A stretch of DNA of 64,000 nt, taken from NCBI RefSeq assembly GCF_006345805.1, contig NC_043003.1:113584001-113648000 (forward strand), read 5' to 3'. The notes under the pieces are model-generated. The model was given only the letters and a program-made list of their open reading frames with translations. It was not told the DNA's origin and ran no database searches. Source of the stretch: Octopus sinensis. Taxonomy: Eukaryota. Positions 28,801-42,548 of this stretch are shown here, piece after piece (position 1 is the first letter of the stretch; the number at the start of each line of letters is the position of its first letter). Both the position numbers and the translations under genes were made by a program.

Positions 28801-29150
28801 CGCAGGAGTGGCTATGTGGTAAGTAGCTTGCTAACCAACCACATGGTTCCGGGTTCAGTCCCACTGTGTGGCACCTTGGGCAAGTGTCTTCTGCTATAGC
28901 CCCAGGCCGACCAATGCCTTGTGAGTGGATTTTGTAGACGGAAACTGAAAGAAGCCCGTCATATATATGTATATATATATAAGTGTGTGTGTATATGTTT
29001 GTGTGTCTGTGTTTGTCCCCCTAGCATTGCTTGACATTGCTGGTGTGTTTACGTCTCCGTCACTTAGCGGTTCGGCAAAAGAGACCGAAAGAATAAGTAC
29101 TGAGCTTACAAAGAATAAGTCCCGGGGTCGATAAGTAAAAGAGTAAAGAG
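28801..29150 (+). mobile_element. SINE family A copy
   Basis: Same head, body and tail, with a deletion near the tail. Confidence 0.85.
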
Positions 29151-31136
29151 AGTATGCAAACACTTGATCTAACTATAAAGCTATGTTCTTCATTCACTTC
29201 TCGGAGAGTATATATATGTGAATATTAATAGTTGTAAAATGCACTTGAGAGGAGGGAAAGTGCATTAAGGATGGTGTGTTTTATAGTTGACCAATTTCAC
29301 AAACTTAGTCTTCTTATTAATATCCACCCAGATCCACCCAGATACTGAAATATTTTGAGGCAGATAAACAAAACAGACACACATACAAAGCTAGCCTCTG
29401 TGAACAGAACAGGTGAGATGAGGGACAGATGGGAAGACGCACAAGCTATAAGAAGCTTGTGATGTGAACATAAGTTGATTAGGTTTGAGAGAGAAGCAGG
29501 AAGTTAGAAAAGTAGTGTAAGAGAGTGTGTGGGAGGTGGTGGGTGGGTGGGGGGGTGATCTAAATGTGCACTGGTTATGAAACAGGTAGGTATGGAAGAA
29601 GAAGAAGAAGAAAAGAGATGCACAAGGATGGGGAGAGAGAAGCAGGTATTAAGAGAGGAATAGAGGAAGAGATGGGTTGGAATTGAGGTGTGCCCATGTT
29701 GATATGAGGTGGGTAGAGAAGATGAGAAGAAGAAATAAGATGAGTGAGCTGGTAGAGAAAGGTTGGGGGTGGGGGAAAATAAGGAGAAATGAGGTAAGCT
29801 CCCACTAAGGTGAGAGGAAATATCAAATATTGCAGGCAAGAACCTTCATGGACAGAGTGAGAGGAAGAGAGTAGGAAAAGAGGGAGATTTTTATTTTTGA
29901 AAAGTAATCAGGGGCGGGGGTGGGGGTGAGATAATGCCACAGATTTGAGTGGAAAAAAGGTGTGGTAGGATTCATAAAGTTGAACATCATCAGCTGGGCC
30001 ATGGGTTTCTGAAGCAGACCCCTGCTATTTTGAAATTAGTTGGACCAGCAACCTCCCTCTTTTTCCCCCCACCACTGAATTGGAAGCCATGGATATGCAC
30101 ACACGCACACACACAATGCACGCACATACGCACACACAGAGCAAAAGATAGAAAAGTGTGTGTGTTAAAAAAGAGAAAATTAAGAAGTAGAAAGGGAGAG
30201 ACTGTATTCCCTTTACGAGACATTTTATTTGTCTAGTATTTATTTCAAAGTTAGCTGGAAGGAGAAATATTGAAAAGTAAAAGGGGGAGACAACGAGAGA
30301 TAGATAGATAGAGAGAGAGAGAGAGGAGAGAGAGAAAGCAAAGGCCATTTATGTGTGATGAGTGTGTGAAAAAAGAGATGACGGATAAGTATAGCAATGA
30401 TTTAGTTTGGAAAAGTTTGGAAGACAAAAGTATAAGTTTGTGGTGTGTGTGTGTGTGTGTGTGTAGACAAGAGTGATAGGAGAGTGGTAGGAGAGAGAGA
30501 GAGAGAGAAAAGAAGAGAGAAGGAGAGAACAGGCAATAGAAGGGTATTTCCTTTTTGCTTCTCCTCTTTCTTACCCAACAACAAAGGGTATTTCTTGGTT
30601 TTTGCAATTGTTTTTGTTGTCTTGGTGTTGTTGCTACTGATATTCTGCTGCCCTCAGCTTCAACCCCGAGCACCATGCCTTGTTTTCCTTATGCTTCAAT
30701 CACAGTGTGAAAACAAGGAATAGCAGAAGGGAGTTTGGTTGTCTTTAGTTACAGGGATGTAAAAGAGTCTGTAGACTAGGATCCCTACACAAGCTGTGCT
30801 CATTGATTTCACACAGCTGTAGAAACAAATGGAACTAGAAAGGAAGGTGGTGGGGGTGGTGGGGGTGGAAGTTATTGGTACTGTTTGCAAAAGTCAGCAG
30901 AGTGGTACTGATGGTGTTAATGGTAGTGGAGATGACACTAGTGCTCCTGGTAAACTGATAAGGATTTCAATGGTAGTAGCTGTTGTACATACTCTGATGA
31001 TGATGATGATGGTAATGGAAGTTATTCTAGGTCAGTTTTTGCTTAGGTTTTGTTGCTTAGCCCCAGGTTAGAATGGGTAGAATAGACCTATGATCAAAGA
31101 TGTTCCAGCTGTACAGGCAGATCATAAGGCCTTCAT

Positions 31137-31773
31137 ACAGGGTGTCCCACAATTAACTATTTCAGTGAAATTGATCAATCTTTTAAAAACTCACTTTTAT
31201 TTATGCTTATCATGTTTAATGTGTTAAAGGCGTATAAATTTTTAACTTTGTTTATAATTTTAAATTATGTTTGTAATTTTATAATTTATAAATTTATAAT
31301 TTTATATGTTTATAATTAATTTTGTAATTTTCTTATCATTCCTGTTGGATGCCATTTATCTGTCCATGACAGCTTTTTTTCAATTTGGATGCAATTATTT
31401 TCCCTACCTCCATCCCCAGGATGGAGCAACAAGTTCAGCTGGACTTAAAGAATGCATTCAGTTAGCAGTGCAGGAAATAACCACTGAAATGCTCCAAAAT
31501 GCATTTCACAATCCTTAGAATAGATTTGAAATTTGCAGAAATACAGACGGAGCACAGGTTGAAAATCTTTTAATCAAATTTTGATACAAGATTTATAAAT
31601 CTTTACTCTTTTACTTTAGTCACCTTTAGTCGAGCAAATCAACCCCAGGACTTATTCTTTGTAAGCCTAGTACTTATTCTATCAGTCTCTTTTGCCGAAC
31701 CACTAAGTTAGAGACATGTACACACCAGTATCGGTTGTCAAGCAATGTTGGGGGGACAAACACAGACACACAA

Positions 31774-31814
<41 letters not shown>

Positions 31815-32107
31815 CATATACACGACAGGCTTCTTTCAGTCTCCATCTACCAAATCCACTCATAAGGCTTTGGTCGGCCCAAGGCTATAGTAGAAGACAC
31901 TCGCCCAAAGTGCCATGCAGTGGGACTGAACATAGAACCATGTGGTCGGTAAGCAAGCTATTTACCACACAGCCACTCCTACGCCTATTTGTTTTGATAT
32001 CATAATTAAGTAATAATTATAAAATTCTGTCAGTTTTATTTTTTTTTTGCTTTTAATTTGCCTGATTTCATTAGTTAATTAGTAGTTAATTCTGGAATAC
32101 CCTGCAT
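31137..32107 (+). mobile_element. Mariner-like relic (transposase C-terminus) interrupted by a SINE
   Basis: Starts tacagggtgtccc, encodes LKECIQLAVQEITTEMLQNAF...DGAQVENLL, ends near gaataccctgca. Confidence 0.5.
31600..31983 (-). mobile_element. SINE family A copy inserted in a mariner-like relic
   Basis: Reverse complement of the family A pattern. Confidence 0.8.
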
Positions 32108-32249
32108 ATATCGCCTTTTTTAAGATGGTTAGTGTCATTTTCAGAGATTTGAAAGCTATTCCTAATAAATTTCCACGACAAGGTTCCTTTTTGCTACAGG
32201 TAGAGTTTATAGTAAAAGTATTGTAGATTAGCCCCTTCCCAGCCCTTCC

Positions 32250-32644
32250 CGGCAGTTTTTAACATAATTTCTAGGTAACTAAAAAATTGTAAACTTCGTA
32301 TACTGGTAGAATGTGTTTATAAAACATCTTTTTCTCTTGGCTTTATTGAGAAAATTCTATGGTTTGTAAGATATTTGTTGTTGTTTTTCTGCAATTTCTG
32401 CAATTTCAACCAATCAATGACGTCCTTCGAGGTAAAAAAAATATTCTGTGCCATATGAATATGTCCCTCGTTTAAGAAACAGATTGGGTTTATTTACATT
32501 TGTGAAGAAAAAAGATAGCCTTCCCCCCACCCCTAACCCTAAAATAGATTGAAATGCAATAGATCGATACTAGGGTAATAATTATGGGTGACAATTTCAT
32601 ATGACACTGCTAGAAAAAACTGCCGTTCAAACCGAAAAGATCCC
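32250..32644. mobile_element. MITE-like element with truncated left TIR and an internal CCCTAA motif
   Basis: cggcagtttt at the left; aaaactgccgttcaaaccgaaaagatccc at the right. Confidence 0.5.
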
Positions 32645-32906
32645 AGTTACCTTTTTGAAATTATTTTTGTTTTCCATTCTATGCTGAAAATGTGTTTCTT
32701 AATCAATTAAAATGTTTAATAAGTGAGAAGGAATTTAATAATGAAGGAGAAAAGGGGAATAATCCAGAACTGAAGAACTCCCTCGCATCCTAACATCTTC
32801 AGCAGTCAAAACCTACCAATGTACCTAAGTGTTTCAATGTCATAACCACTTAAAAGAACTACAGCGGCAGCTATCTCAAAGAAATCTCAGCAAACAAAAG
32901 GTTTTC

Positions 32907-33395
32907 CTCATCATCATCATCATTTAACGTCCGCTTTCCATGCTAGCATGGGTTGGACGGTTCAAGTGGGGTCTGGGGAGCCCGAAGGCTGCACCAGGCC
33001 AGTCAGATCTGGCAGTGTTTCTATGGCTGGATGCCCTTCCTAACGCCAACCACTCCGTGAGTGTAGTGGGTGATTTTATGTGCCACCGACACAGGTGCCA
33101 GACAAGGCTGGCGAACGGCCACGCTCGGATGGTGTTTTTTATGTGCCACCGACACAGGTGCCAGACAAGGCTGGCAGACGGCCACGCTCGGATGGTGTTT
33201 TTATGTGCCACCAACACAGGTGCCAGACGAGGCTGGCGAATGGCCACGATCGGATGGTGTTTGTTACGTGCCCACAGCACGGAGGCCAGTCGATGCGGTA
33301 TTGGCTACGGCCACGTTCGGATGGTTTTCTTGTGTGCCACCAGCACTGGTACCACAAAGATACAAATTCCATTGATGTTCATCTATTTTGATTTG
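32907..33395 (-). mobile_element. Retroposon with (ATG)n tail (family E) containing a 62-63 bp internal tandem array
   Basis: Homologous to 53530-53775, 51332-51590, 11291-11467, about 14490-14640 and about 23085-23340. Confidence 0.75.
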
Positions 33396-35147
33396 AACAG
33401 AAACATAAAAAGTTGAGAGGAAACAATTTGGATTGTTTATGGTTAGAGAATCACAAGTTCATATCTTATATGGGCACCATGAGGTGGTGAGCTGGCAGAA
33501 CTGTTAGCATGCGGGGCGAAATGCTTAGCAGTATTTTGTCTGTCTTTATGTTCTGAGTTCAAATTCCACTAAGGTCGATTTTGTCTTCCCTCCTTTCAGG
33601 GTCGATAGATTAAGTACCAGTTGTGTACTGGCATTGATCTATTCGATTGGCCCCCTCCCCCAAAATTTTGGGCCTTGTGCCTAGAGTATAAAAGATTATA
33701 TGGGCACTATGTGATGCTTTAAGGTGTGATTTTGTAAGTGTTCACACAAATATACTTTGATATATGAGAATATAAACATGCACATATACACATGTTTATG
33801 TTCAAATGAGGGCAAGTCTGGAGATAAACAGACATGGTAAATACCCTCAAACACACACAAACATTCATAAACACTAGCAGGACAAATATACACAATCTAC
33901 CCAATGTTTTCCTCATATAGTCACAGACTCTCTGTGTGTGTGTGTGTGTGTGTACCATGAAATTGCTATGAAGAATGGAAAAACCAAAGTTTCTAACAGA
34001 TCCCATCTTCAGAGTAGAGCTAACATGAGGAAAATAAAGGATGGACAGCAGAGTTATACATCTTCTACATTTGAGAGACTGATTGTAACTGATGAGGAAC
34101 ACATGGCATGTGAGAATACAGTAGGAGGTGAGAAACTTGTTGGGCAAGCTAGAAAGAAAGAGAGATGAAATGAAGATGCGAAACATGCAAAAGAGAGGGT
34201 GATGTCACAGGAAAAGTTGAGGTGAGAGAGGAAGAAAGGGATAACGGCACCAAGCCATGTTCACATTTCTGCACCTACATATGACTCTGCTGCACTTTTG
34301 TGCATGCTGCTAAACATTGTTTCTTGGTGTGCATTTTGGTGTTAATAGCCACTTCTTCTATAGACAGATACAGATTTATATGCAGCCCACGAACACATTG
34401 AGCTGAGGGTGTCACATGCATACCCATGTACTTCAATCACAAGATGTTTCTATAACTGCTGTAAAGGAATGCTGCCTGGTGGTCAAGGTGTTTGGATCAT
34501 GATGAAAAAAATCTTGAGTTCAATTCCTGAACTAGGCAGCGTATTGAGTTCCTCACCATTACACTTTATTTTATGTTGTTCCAGCCTCCTCTGCCCCTCT
34601 GGTTCTCTTCCATCCTAGATATGCTACTGGGCATAGCATTGCCACCCCTAAAGCAATCGTCAAATCCATGCTCTGTGTTACCCTGTCCCCCCCATTTGTT
34701 CTGTCAGTGATGCTCTCTCTACTGCAGTGCACTGCATAGCAGTTAATGTGTCTCTGAGCAGCTTGTTGTGTATGCTTGTGAGGGGATTGTATTGCATCTG
34801 GGTGTTGATTAAACAAAATCAAAATAAATGCTGCAAGGAAAGCCATAAATGTAGAGTAAATAAATATATAGGACATGTTTTGACAAGTCTCTGATTTACT
34901 CTGAACTAATATTCATACATGAACACTAAGTATGCATGTGTATATATATAGTCCACACACACACACACAAAATCAAGAAAATAGATTTATGAGACTCAAA
35001 AAAGAGTTTATGTTTAAGGATAGATACATAGAGTTTTGGTGTGTGTGTGTGTGAAGAGAGGAAGAGATAGACGGACAGACAGAAAGATAGCTAGGCAGAC
35101 AGACAGAGGGCGCAGAAGAAATACAGTTATATATAAATATGTTATAA

Positions 35148-35375
35148 GGCGGCGAGCTGGCAGACACGTTAGTGTGCCGGGTGAAATGCTTAGCGGCATT
35201 TCATCTGTCGTTACGTTCTGAGTTCAAATTCCGCCAAGGTCAACTTTGCCTTTCATCCTTTCGGGGTCGATAAATAAAGTGCCAGTTTCGCACTGGGGGC
35301 GATATAATCGACTCAATCCCTTCGTCTGTCCTTGTTTGTCCCCTCTATGTTTAGCCCCTTGTGGGCAGTAAAGAA

Positions 35376-35378
<3 letters not shown>
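35148..35378 (+). mobile_element. SINE family D (A/B-box-like head ggcgagctggcagaa...gagttcaaattcc)
   Basis: Homologous copies at about 62093-62327 (+), 33487-33695 (+), 25785-26005 (-) and 3225-3392 (-). Confidence 0.75.
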
Positions 35379-35410
<32 letters not shown>

Positions 35411-36419
35411 TGTATGTATGTATGTACGTACGTACGTATGTATTAGGACATGTGATAGTCTCAAAAGCACAAGTAAATTGTACTCCAATTCAGTCAGTAG
35501 ATGATTAATGTTGTATCTAACAAAATGAAGATACTTTTAAACTTTCACAGGATATTTATAACAGTTATTGAATTTTCTAACAATAACCAACTGAAAATAT
35601 TCTTGGTTATTTCAATTCAATTAATTATAAATAAGATAACTACTTTTTATGTTATTGATTTTAAAAAATGAAGTAAAATATTAGCTGCTGGGCTTTATAA
35701 TTAGCATCAACCATTGATGTGAGTCAATCTCAACAAGCTAAATGAAGACACTATATAAGAATCAAATAAGTTTGATGGGGTCATTTCATGTAGAAAATTG
35801 GCCCAAATACAACTGAGGCATCAAAAATTTAGAGAGACCCTGGAAATTAGGTTTCTAAAAATGCATGAAATACTTGTTATGTTGGTATAATCACAGCATT
35901 TGACTGCAACATTAATTCGGTTTTTTTTTTTTTTTTTTCTTAATGAAGTTTCATATTAATTAAACTTGGATGTTTTCAAGAACAGAAATCAGTTGGAGAT
36001 GGAAAAAAAAAAAAACTTTGAATTAAAGGAAAATATAAAGCAGAAATTGAAATTCATATTCAAGGTTTAATAAAAGGAAACTGAAATTTGAATTGCTAAA
36101 AATTTTACTTTCCCTCCAATCACCATTTCTTAAAAAAATTTAGAATATTTTTTTTAATTTATGGAGTTACAAAGTTTTATCAATTAGAAATTAAAAAAAA
36201 AAAAAAAAGGAAAAACAAACAAAAACAACATTTTAATCAAAAATACCCATCCCTGAATTGCATGCATGTAGGACAACAGAAAAAAAAGCATTTTTTTAGA
36301 TATTAAAATTCCATTGGCGGCTATTTGGTTAAATAACTTTATCTTTACATCATCAAAATGGTATTTTTTGTAAAACAAACAACAAAAATAAGAGGGTGGA
36401 GAAATGTCTTTCAACTTAC

Positions 36420-36524
36420 TTTGGCCACAGTATTTGCCAGAGTATCCAGGGTAACAGATACATCTTTTATTTTTACATTCTCCATGGTGGTAGCAATCAT
36501 GCAGACAATTCGTGTCTAGATGAC
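36420..36524 (-). CDS. TENM: Teneurin exon, EGF-like repeat 1 (HLDTNCLHDCYHHGECKNKRCICYPGYSGKYCGQ)
   Basis: ttttttag|GT CAT...CAA A|gtaagt, 105 nt, phase 1-1, six Cys in EGF spacing. Confidence 0.93.
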
Positions 36525-38165
36525 CTAAAAAACAATGACAAGATGAGAGACAATTGAAATTTCATTTGATGGTCAAAGAAAACAAAATAATAATTTTGTG
36601 TGTCAACATTAATATTCTATTTATCATCATTCATTGCTGTTACCAAACCAAACACATCAACAAAGATTACACAACAAATAAATTTCTACAACAATAATTT
36701 CTTACATGCCTGAAGCACAACTGGTAAATCTTTTATTAACCCTTGTGGGATCCAATTAGTTGACCCTGGCTTGGCCGGGAATTTTACTGGCTCCCTTATT
36801 TCAATAATAACAATAATAAGGAAAAGGTGGAGAAGGATTTTTTCGGCTGGTATAACACCTCATGTTTATAGCTGAATGGTAGAGTCATTCCAGTTAAAGG
36901 AGATTAATAACTGCCGTTTATTTCCTTACCAATATTATATTATCTTTTTAAGTTATTCTGGGGTCTACTACAGACTGTGCAACATTAATAGTGTGTGATA
37001 AAATTAAAGCTTAACCTAAAACATGTCTAACATTGCTACCATAACTACTAAAAACATGAGATTTTCTCTCCCTCACCCTCTCTTTCCATATCTGCCCATC
37101 TCCCTAGAGAGAGATTTTTTTATCAATCGAAAGTTGAAAATTCTCTTTCTTGCTGTTGAGTTTTCATTAGGCTAATGGCTTTTCTAATCATTAAGGGTAC
37201 AATTTCAATTGTGTAAATAATTTTGGGGGATTAATATATCAAGTTACCCTGCCTTTTGCATGTTCTTTAGGTAGAAGGGACTCTGAGAAATTGTCCAATG
37301 CCTTTTTTTAAACTGATACTGTTTAATGTGTAGCCAGTAATGGCCACATATTTAAGGTCCAAAGAAGAAATGGCCCATTTAAATTTTCCTGTTACAGATG
37401 ACATTCCCAGAAATATTCTAGTTCTTGGTTTTGGTGTCTGTCAATTCACATTCACACAAGTATATCTGTTGTTTATAAATTTCCTCTCAAAAGTAATTAG
37501 CAGTGAGAATATCTCACTATCACTGACTTTATAAATCTCGTCTAAAACTACATTTGGATGTCCAGAGCTAGACATTTCCCCACCCTTGCCCTTTTCCTTC
37601 TACCACAAGCAAAAGGCAAGGAAACAATGGTGGAAGGTTTGTTGTCAAACAACAAATGTCTACAATGTAACACTACTGTCAGTCAATAACGCTTCTGTGT
37701 TTAGGACATTATTGGATTTTATGATTGCTGCTATTTATAAACAGACCTGACAACTGCCATAGTGAAGGCGCTAGACTCCTCCTAACCAGTTGAGACTGTG
37801 ATGCTGTTTCAACTTTCGGTTGAAACAGAGTTCATTTTTTTTTTATACCTCCAATGCACTTTTGGAAAATACATAAAGTCACAACATCACATTTATTTCT
37901 CCCGAAATTTGACTATAAATAGCAAAGCAATTTATTTTTTAATGGGTACAGCTTAGCTACAGTTGGTTTCTTTTTTTTTATTTCTATTTTTTCTTTAAGA
38001 ATTTATTTCTTGTCTGGAAGAATTAACAAATTACGGAGATGTACATGCATAGCAAGTGATTTGATCTGAGATCGTGTGCTGAAACGAAAACAATTGCAGC
38101 GTGGAAGGTGTTTATAAGCCATTTAAGAAACACACAAAAGCCGTTCGATTCACTTCAACATTTAA

Positions 38166-38226
38166 GTTTAATTTGTCAAAATATTTTCGTCGCTATAAGA
38201 CCGCGACCTCTTCACTGACAAAAAAC
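38166..38226 (-). ncRNA. Mirror copy of HHR-3 with core GUGAAGA
   Basis: Minus strand reads tttgtca-GTGAAGA-g-gtcgc...gcgac-GAAA-ATAT-TT-tgacaaa. G3 opposite G8 predicts an inactive core. Confidence 0.5.
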
Positions 38227-38233
38227 CAGCATG

Positions 38234-38294
38234 GTTTTTTGTCAGTGAACAGGTCGCGGTCTTAAAGTGACGAAAATATTTTGACAAATTAAAC
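38234..38294 (+). ncRNA. Hammerhead-like motif with variant core GUGAACA (HHR-3, right arm)
   Basis: Stem I tttgtca/tgacaaa (7 bp, extendable past a 2-nt bulge); GTGAACA at 38245-38251; stem II gtcgc/gtgac after one extra G; GAAA at 38272-38275; ATAT; TT. Confidence 0.55.
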
Positions 38295-41200
38295 TTAAAT
38301 GTTGAAGTGAATCGAACGGCTTTTGCGTGTTTCTAGAATTAACAAAATAATAATAATAATGATGATGATGATGATGATGATGATAACAAAATTGATCCTG
38401 TTGATTTCACATAAATTATGCCAAAGATATTGCAGGCAGTGTTATGTAACTGTAGCTTGAAATCAATCTAAATGTTATTTGCGGAGAAAGGTTCAAGAGT
38501 ATAAATAACATTTACCTAGAAGCTGTGATTTCCAAGTGTGCATGTGTGTGTGTGGCATGAGAGTGTGTGTGTGTGTGCATGTATGTGTATGTATGTGTAT
38601 GCGCATATGCATGCATATGTGCGTGCTATTTGTGTGTAGTGTTTGTGAAAGAACAGACACAGGTATGTGTGTGTGTGTGTGTTGACGTCTGCATACAGAA
38701 TCTAGGAACAGCACCAGTTTTCACAAACAATAGATTGCAGTTCCTGAATTTTATTTGATTTGATGCTATGTTAGGTATTTATTATTAATGCTATTGTTGT
38801 TGTTGTTGTTATCGTATTTGTTACTGTTGCCATTGTTCTCCAGCAAGATTCTACAATTAATCTATCTTTGTGTTTTCTGATTAAATTATTGTATTCTATA
38901 ATTAAATCAACAATGCATTCTGTAATTGTGTTAGTATCCATTTCTATAATAAAATATTACAATATTAAAACTAAATATATCAATAAATAAACAAATAAAA
39001 GAAAAAAAAATAAGTTTCATAATTAAATTTTAAAAGAAATAAAACAGTAATATCTAATTAAGCAACCACAAGATTTTATAAACAAATAAAATAGCAAATT
39101 TAATGTGTATGTGTGTGCAAGTGGCTATGTTCATCTGCCTCTACGCTTGCATATATATATATAAAGGATTCTGCATGTCTGTGTGCGTGCTTGTATGTCT
39201 ATATGAATATATATGTATACATACGTATGTATGTATAGATAGGTAGACAGATACACAAATGTGTATATATGTGTGTATATATATGTGTGTGTGTGTGTGT
39301 GTATATATATGTGTGCCATATCCAGGCCCTTAACTCCTTCACAGAATCACAAAGGTGCTTTCATAACATATGGTGTATCTTTGGACCTTTTAGACATAGT
39401 AGTACCTATCCCACTCTTTGTCTGACCACAGTCCTTTTCTTCCAGGGAAGAGAGACAGAAAGAATTAAAGAGAAAGGAGAATGTATGTGTGTGTGTGTTT
39501 GTGTATGTGTGTGTGCATAACAGAGCCTCACACTGTAAGAACAGACAGACATGGTTGATGACATCTATTTACTGCTTGTCGTAAATATCAAATTTAACAC
39601 TAAAAATTGTTGTAAATCTCTCCAAAATGATTTATTTCTTGAATTGTCAGTGTTTGATATCAGAGATCATGTAAGAATATGACTGGTATAACAAAAATGC
39701 AAAATAAAAAAAAAACATTAAAAAACACAAAATAAAAACATTATCAAAATTTGGGAATTAGGAAATATCTTGCTTAGAATCTAAGAAAATTAGCAGACAA
39801 AATCTTCTTTTATTTCAAATCAATTTACATGGAGACTATTATGCAATTATCCTAACAACTTGCATATAGATTAATTAACTCTTGGCATCTCTTAAAACTG
39901 AACCAGTAAAGTTCCAAGCAAGTGATGCAGTTGTTACTTAGAGATTTGCCAAGTTCAATGAAGATGACAAATCCTTTATCAGTTTTGGCAAATATTTAGT
40001 CAATCAAAGCACAGGGGCCACACAATGCCTTCAATAACTTGGACTTAGTTTCAGTCCCAGTTGGTATTCCAGGCATTGTCAATCTGCATGTTTTGGGACT
40101 TGGGCATACGGAATAAGGTTAAATATATTTTATAGCTGCTTATAATAATACAGTTTGGGGAAGATATATTGGTAAAACTAAAGTCCAAATATAAATGGTA
40201 TTGCATTAAAATAAGACACACCATAATATTATCCCATAACAATATCCCCCATCCCATAATTCATCAGTAGGAATCATTGCTTTAGAGTAGAGTGCTGGTA
40301 TAAAACTAAGCAAAAGACTGAATCCACGAACCACAAGATTTAGGTCAAGAGTACTTAGAGACTAGAGTACTAAGAGACTAGAGTACTAAGAGATATCTTG
40401 TTTCATATTAAGATGTAAGAGATCAAGCTCAGATATCACCACAATGAACTACGATTTTATCAAATAAAATATATACAGAGTGTGATGAGTAAATTGTCGC
40501 CATTTATATATTTTTAATTTCCCCCATGTACATTGTTTGTTTTTGATTTTGTTGACTACACAGTAAAGTAGGGTCAGTTGGGCACTGTCTGTGGAAAAAA
40601 CAGCACCCCGACGCAATTCACTCTGTCAAAAATTTGGAACTATAACAGCCTTTGCAAATTAGGGAGGAATGGATAGAAAAATGCACTGGGCATAAATTCT
40701 TAAATTCGTTCATCAAAACAACCCAATCTTGCATTATAAAATAGGCGAAGAAGGGTGCATGGAAGCATATACATCCTCCTTATCTTCATCATTGCCAGCA
40801 TTTCAGCTACTCATCCGGTCACTAGTGCCACCCTCATTTACACACCATCATCATTATCATCACAATCAATCACAGCAACTCCTTAACTTTCATACTTTAC
40901 TGTATAGACTTTTATGTTGCTTTTTTATTTTCATTTATCATCATCATCATCCTTATTATTATTATTAATAGTAGTAGTAGTAGTAATAGTAGCAGCAGCA
41001 GCAGCAGTAGTAGTTTTAATGTTAGTGTGGTTAAGCTCCAGTTAACAAAGATAGGAAGAAAAAAAAAAAGGAAAATATTACAATTAACATAATTACTACC
41101 AAATTATCAACACCACCACTACAACTACTACTATTACTTCTGCTATCATCACCATCACCACAACCACCACCACCAACAACAACAAGAACATTTTAATCTA

Positions 41201-42548
41201 AATTACACCAACTCCAGCGTCATAACGTCCTTGTTCGTTGCAAAGTGGCTACAATTTTCGAAAGAACCAAACACACACATCTAAAGTGCCCATAATTACA
41301 AAATGACCAAAATAACTAGCAAGCCTCTACCACTGTGATTAAAAGCTAACATGTTTAATATCTCTGATAGTTTGATGCTATAATTAAGGCATGTAATTTG
41401 CTATGATTACTGAGGGGGTATTTTTTTTTAAGGATATTTAAAAAACGTTTTTTTTTTTTCTATGCCTTCTTAAATTTCCATCAGATGAACAAGTGTTTTT
41501 GCAATAAAACGCATGCTAAATGAATATTTTGTGTATGTATGGGAGGCGGCGGGGTGACTTGAGATAGAGAAACAACTGAAAACAGTAAAATAATAACAAA
41601 AAAAGAATGACTATTTTAACTGGTGCGATTGGAGGAGACAGCAGCTGCTGAATGTTAAATGCTCGAGTAATGATAATGTTATTAATACTGACATCTGAAA
41701 ACAAAAAAAAAACAGAAAAAAAGGTAAAAAAAAAAAAAAAAGAACATATCGTAGTGCAAGAGGCAAGTTAACGGTAAGGTGGCACAGTGACATGGTTTTG
41801 CACTACTGAAGCCGTTGGGAAAGGTGCAAATATCACAACATCCATTTCCTGGATCCTGTGACATTTGCCAAAACACAAGACTTTGTGCCTGGTTAAAAGA
41901 TTATAATTTCTTTTGACTATCCTCCTCAAGGCTAAATTGTTAATGGCTGGTTGCACAGTCAACTGGATCAACCTAGTATTTATTTAAATCAAACTGGAAG
42001 GATGAAAGACAAAGTGACATGTTCACTTAGGATATACCATGTTGAAACTAAATGATATAACGTAAACATTCCAGCAATCTACAGCTTCATCTTCTCCCCC
42101 ACCCCTCCCCCCTCCACCAGTAATAATCATTAATTCCAACTCATGCATAGAACCCACATAATTTGGTGGGGAAGTGAGGGTGGGCGTATAATTAATTGGA
42201 TTAGCACATAACCAATGTTTATTTTTGTCAACCCTGGAGAATTGTGAAGTTAAAATCAACACGTTGAGTTATTCAGTGTGAAACAACTAAAATAATGAAA
42301 AGGAAAGCATTCTCACACTCAGATGTTTCTTCCAGCTCCATCCATGACAACCACTAATAATGAATCTTGGTAAAATACAAACACAAACTTACAAGCTTAT
42401 ATATACGTGTAATGACACACATATACAGGCAAATACAGAAGCACACATGCACAGACACAGAGTAGAGTTGCTCCTTCATTTCACACTGATAAGAAATGAC
42501 ACTTGTTAACTCTAACACACACAAGGTACAATAGCAGACCGTACTTAC

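Larger units (their letters stand above)
38031..38334. mobile_element. Fold-back retroposed element with 12-bp target-site duplication
   Basis: AGAATTAACAAA at 38019-38030 and 38335-38346; 95-bp extension plus palindrome 38126-38334 (103-bp arms, 4 mismatches, loop GCA). Confidence 0.75.

Noticed and set aside
32525-32545. CCCTAACCCTAA as an interstitial telomere
   Set aside because: Only two units, inside a MITE-like element.
41682-41971. Cys-rich minus-strand ORF (DPGNGCCDICTFPNG...) between teneurin exons
   Set aside because: The Cys spacing is not EGF-like. The available acceptor (cacag|G at 41855) enters this frame in phase 0 while the upstream exon ends in phase 1, and phase-1 entry hits stops. 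No good donor.
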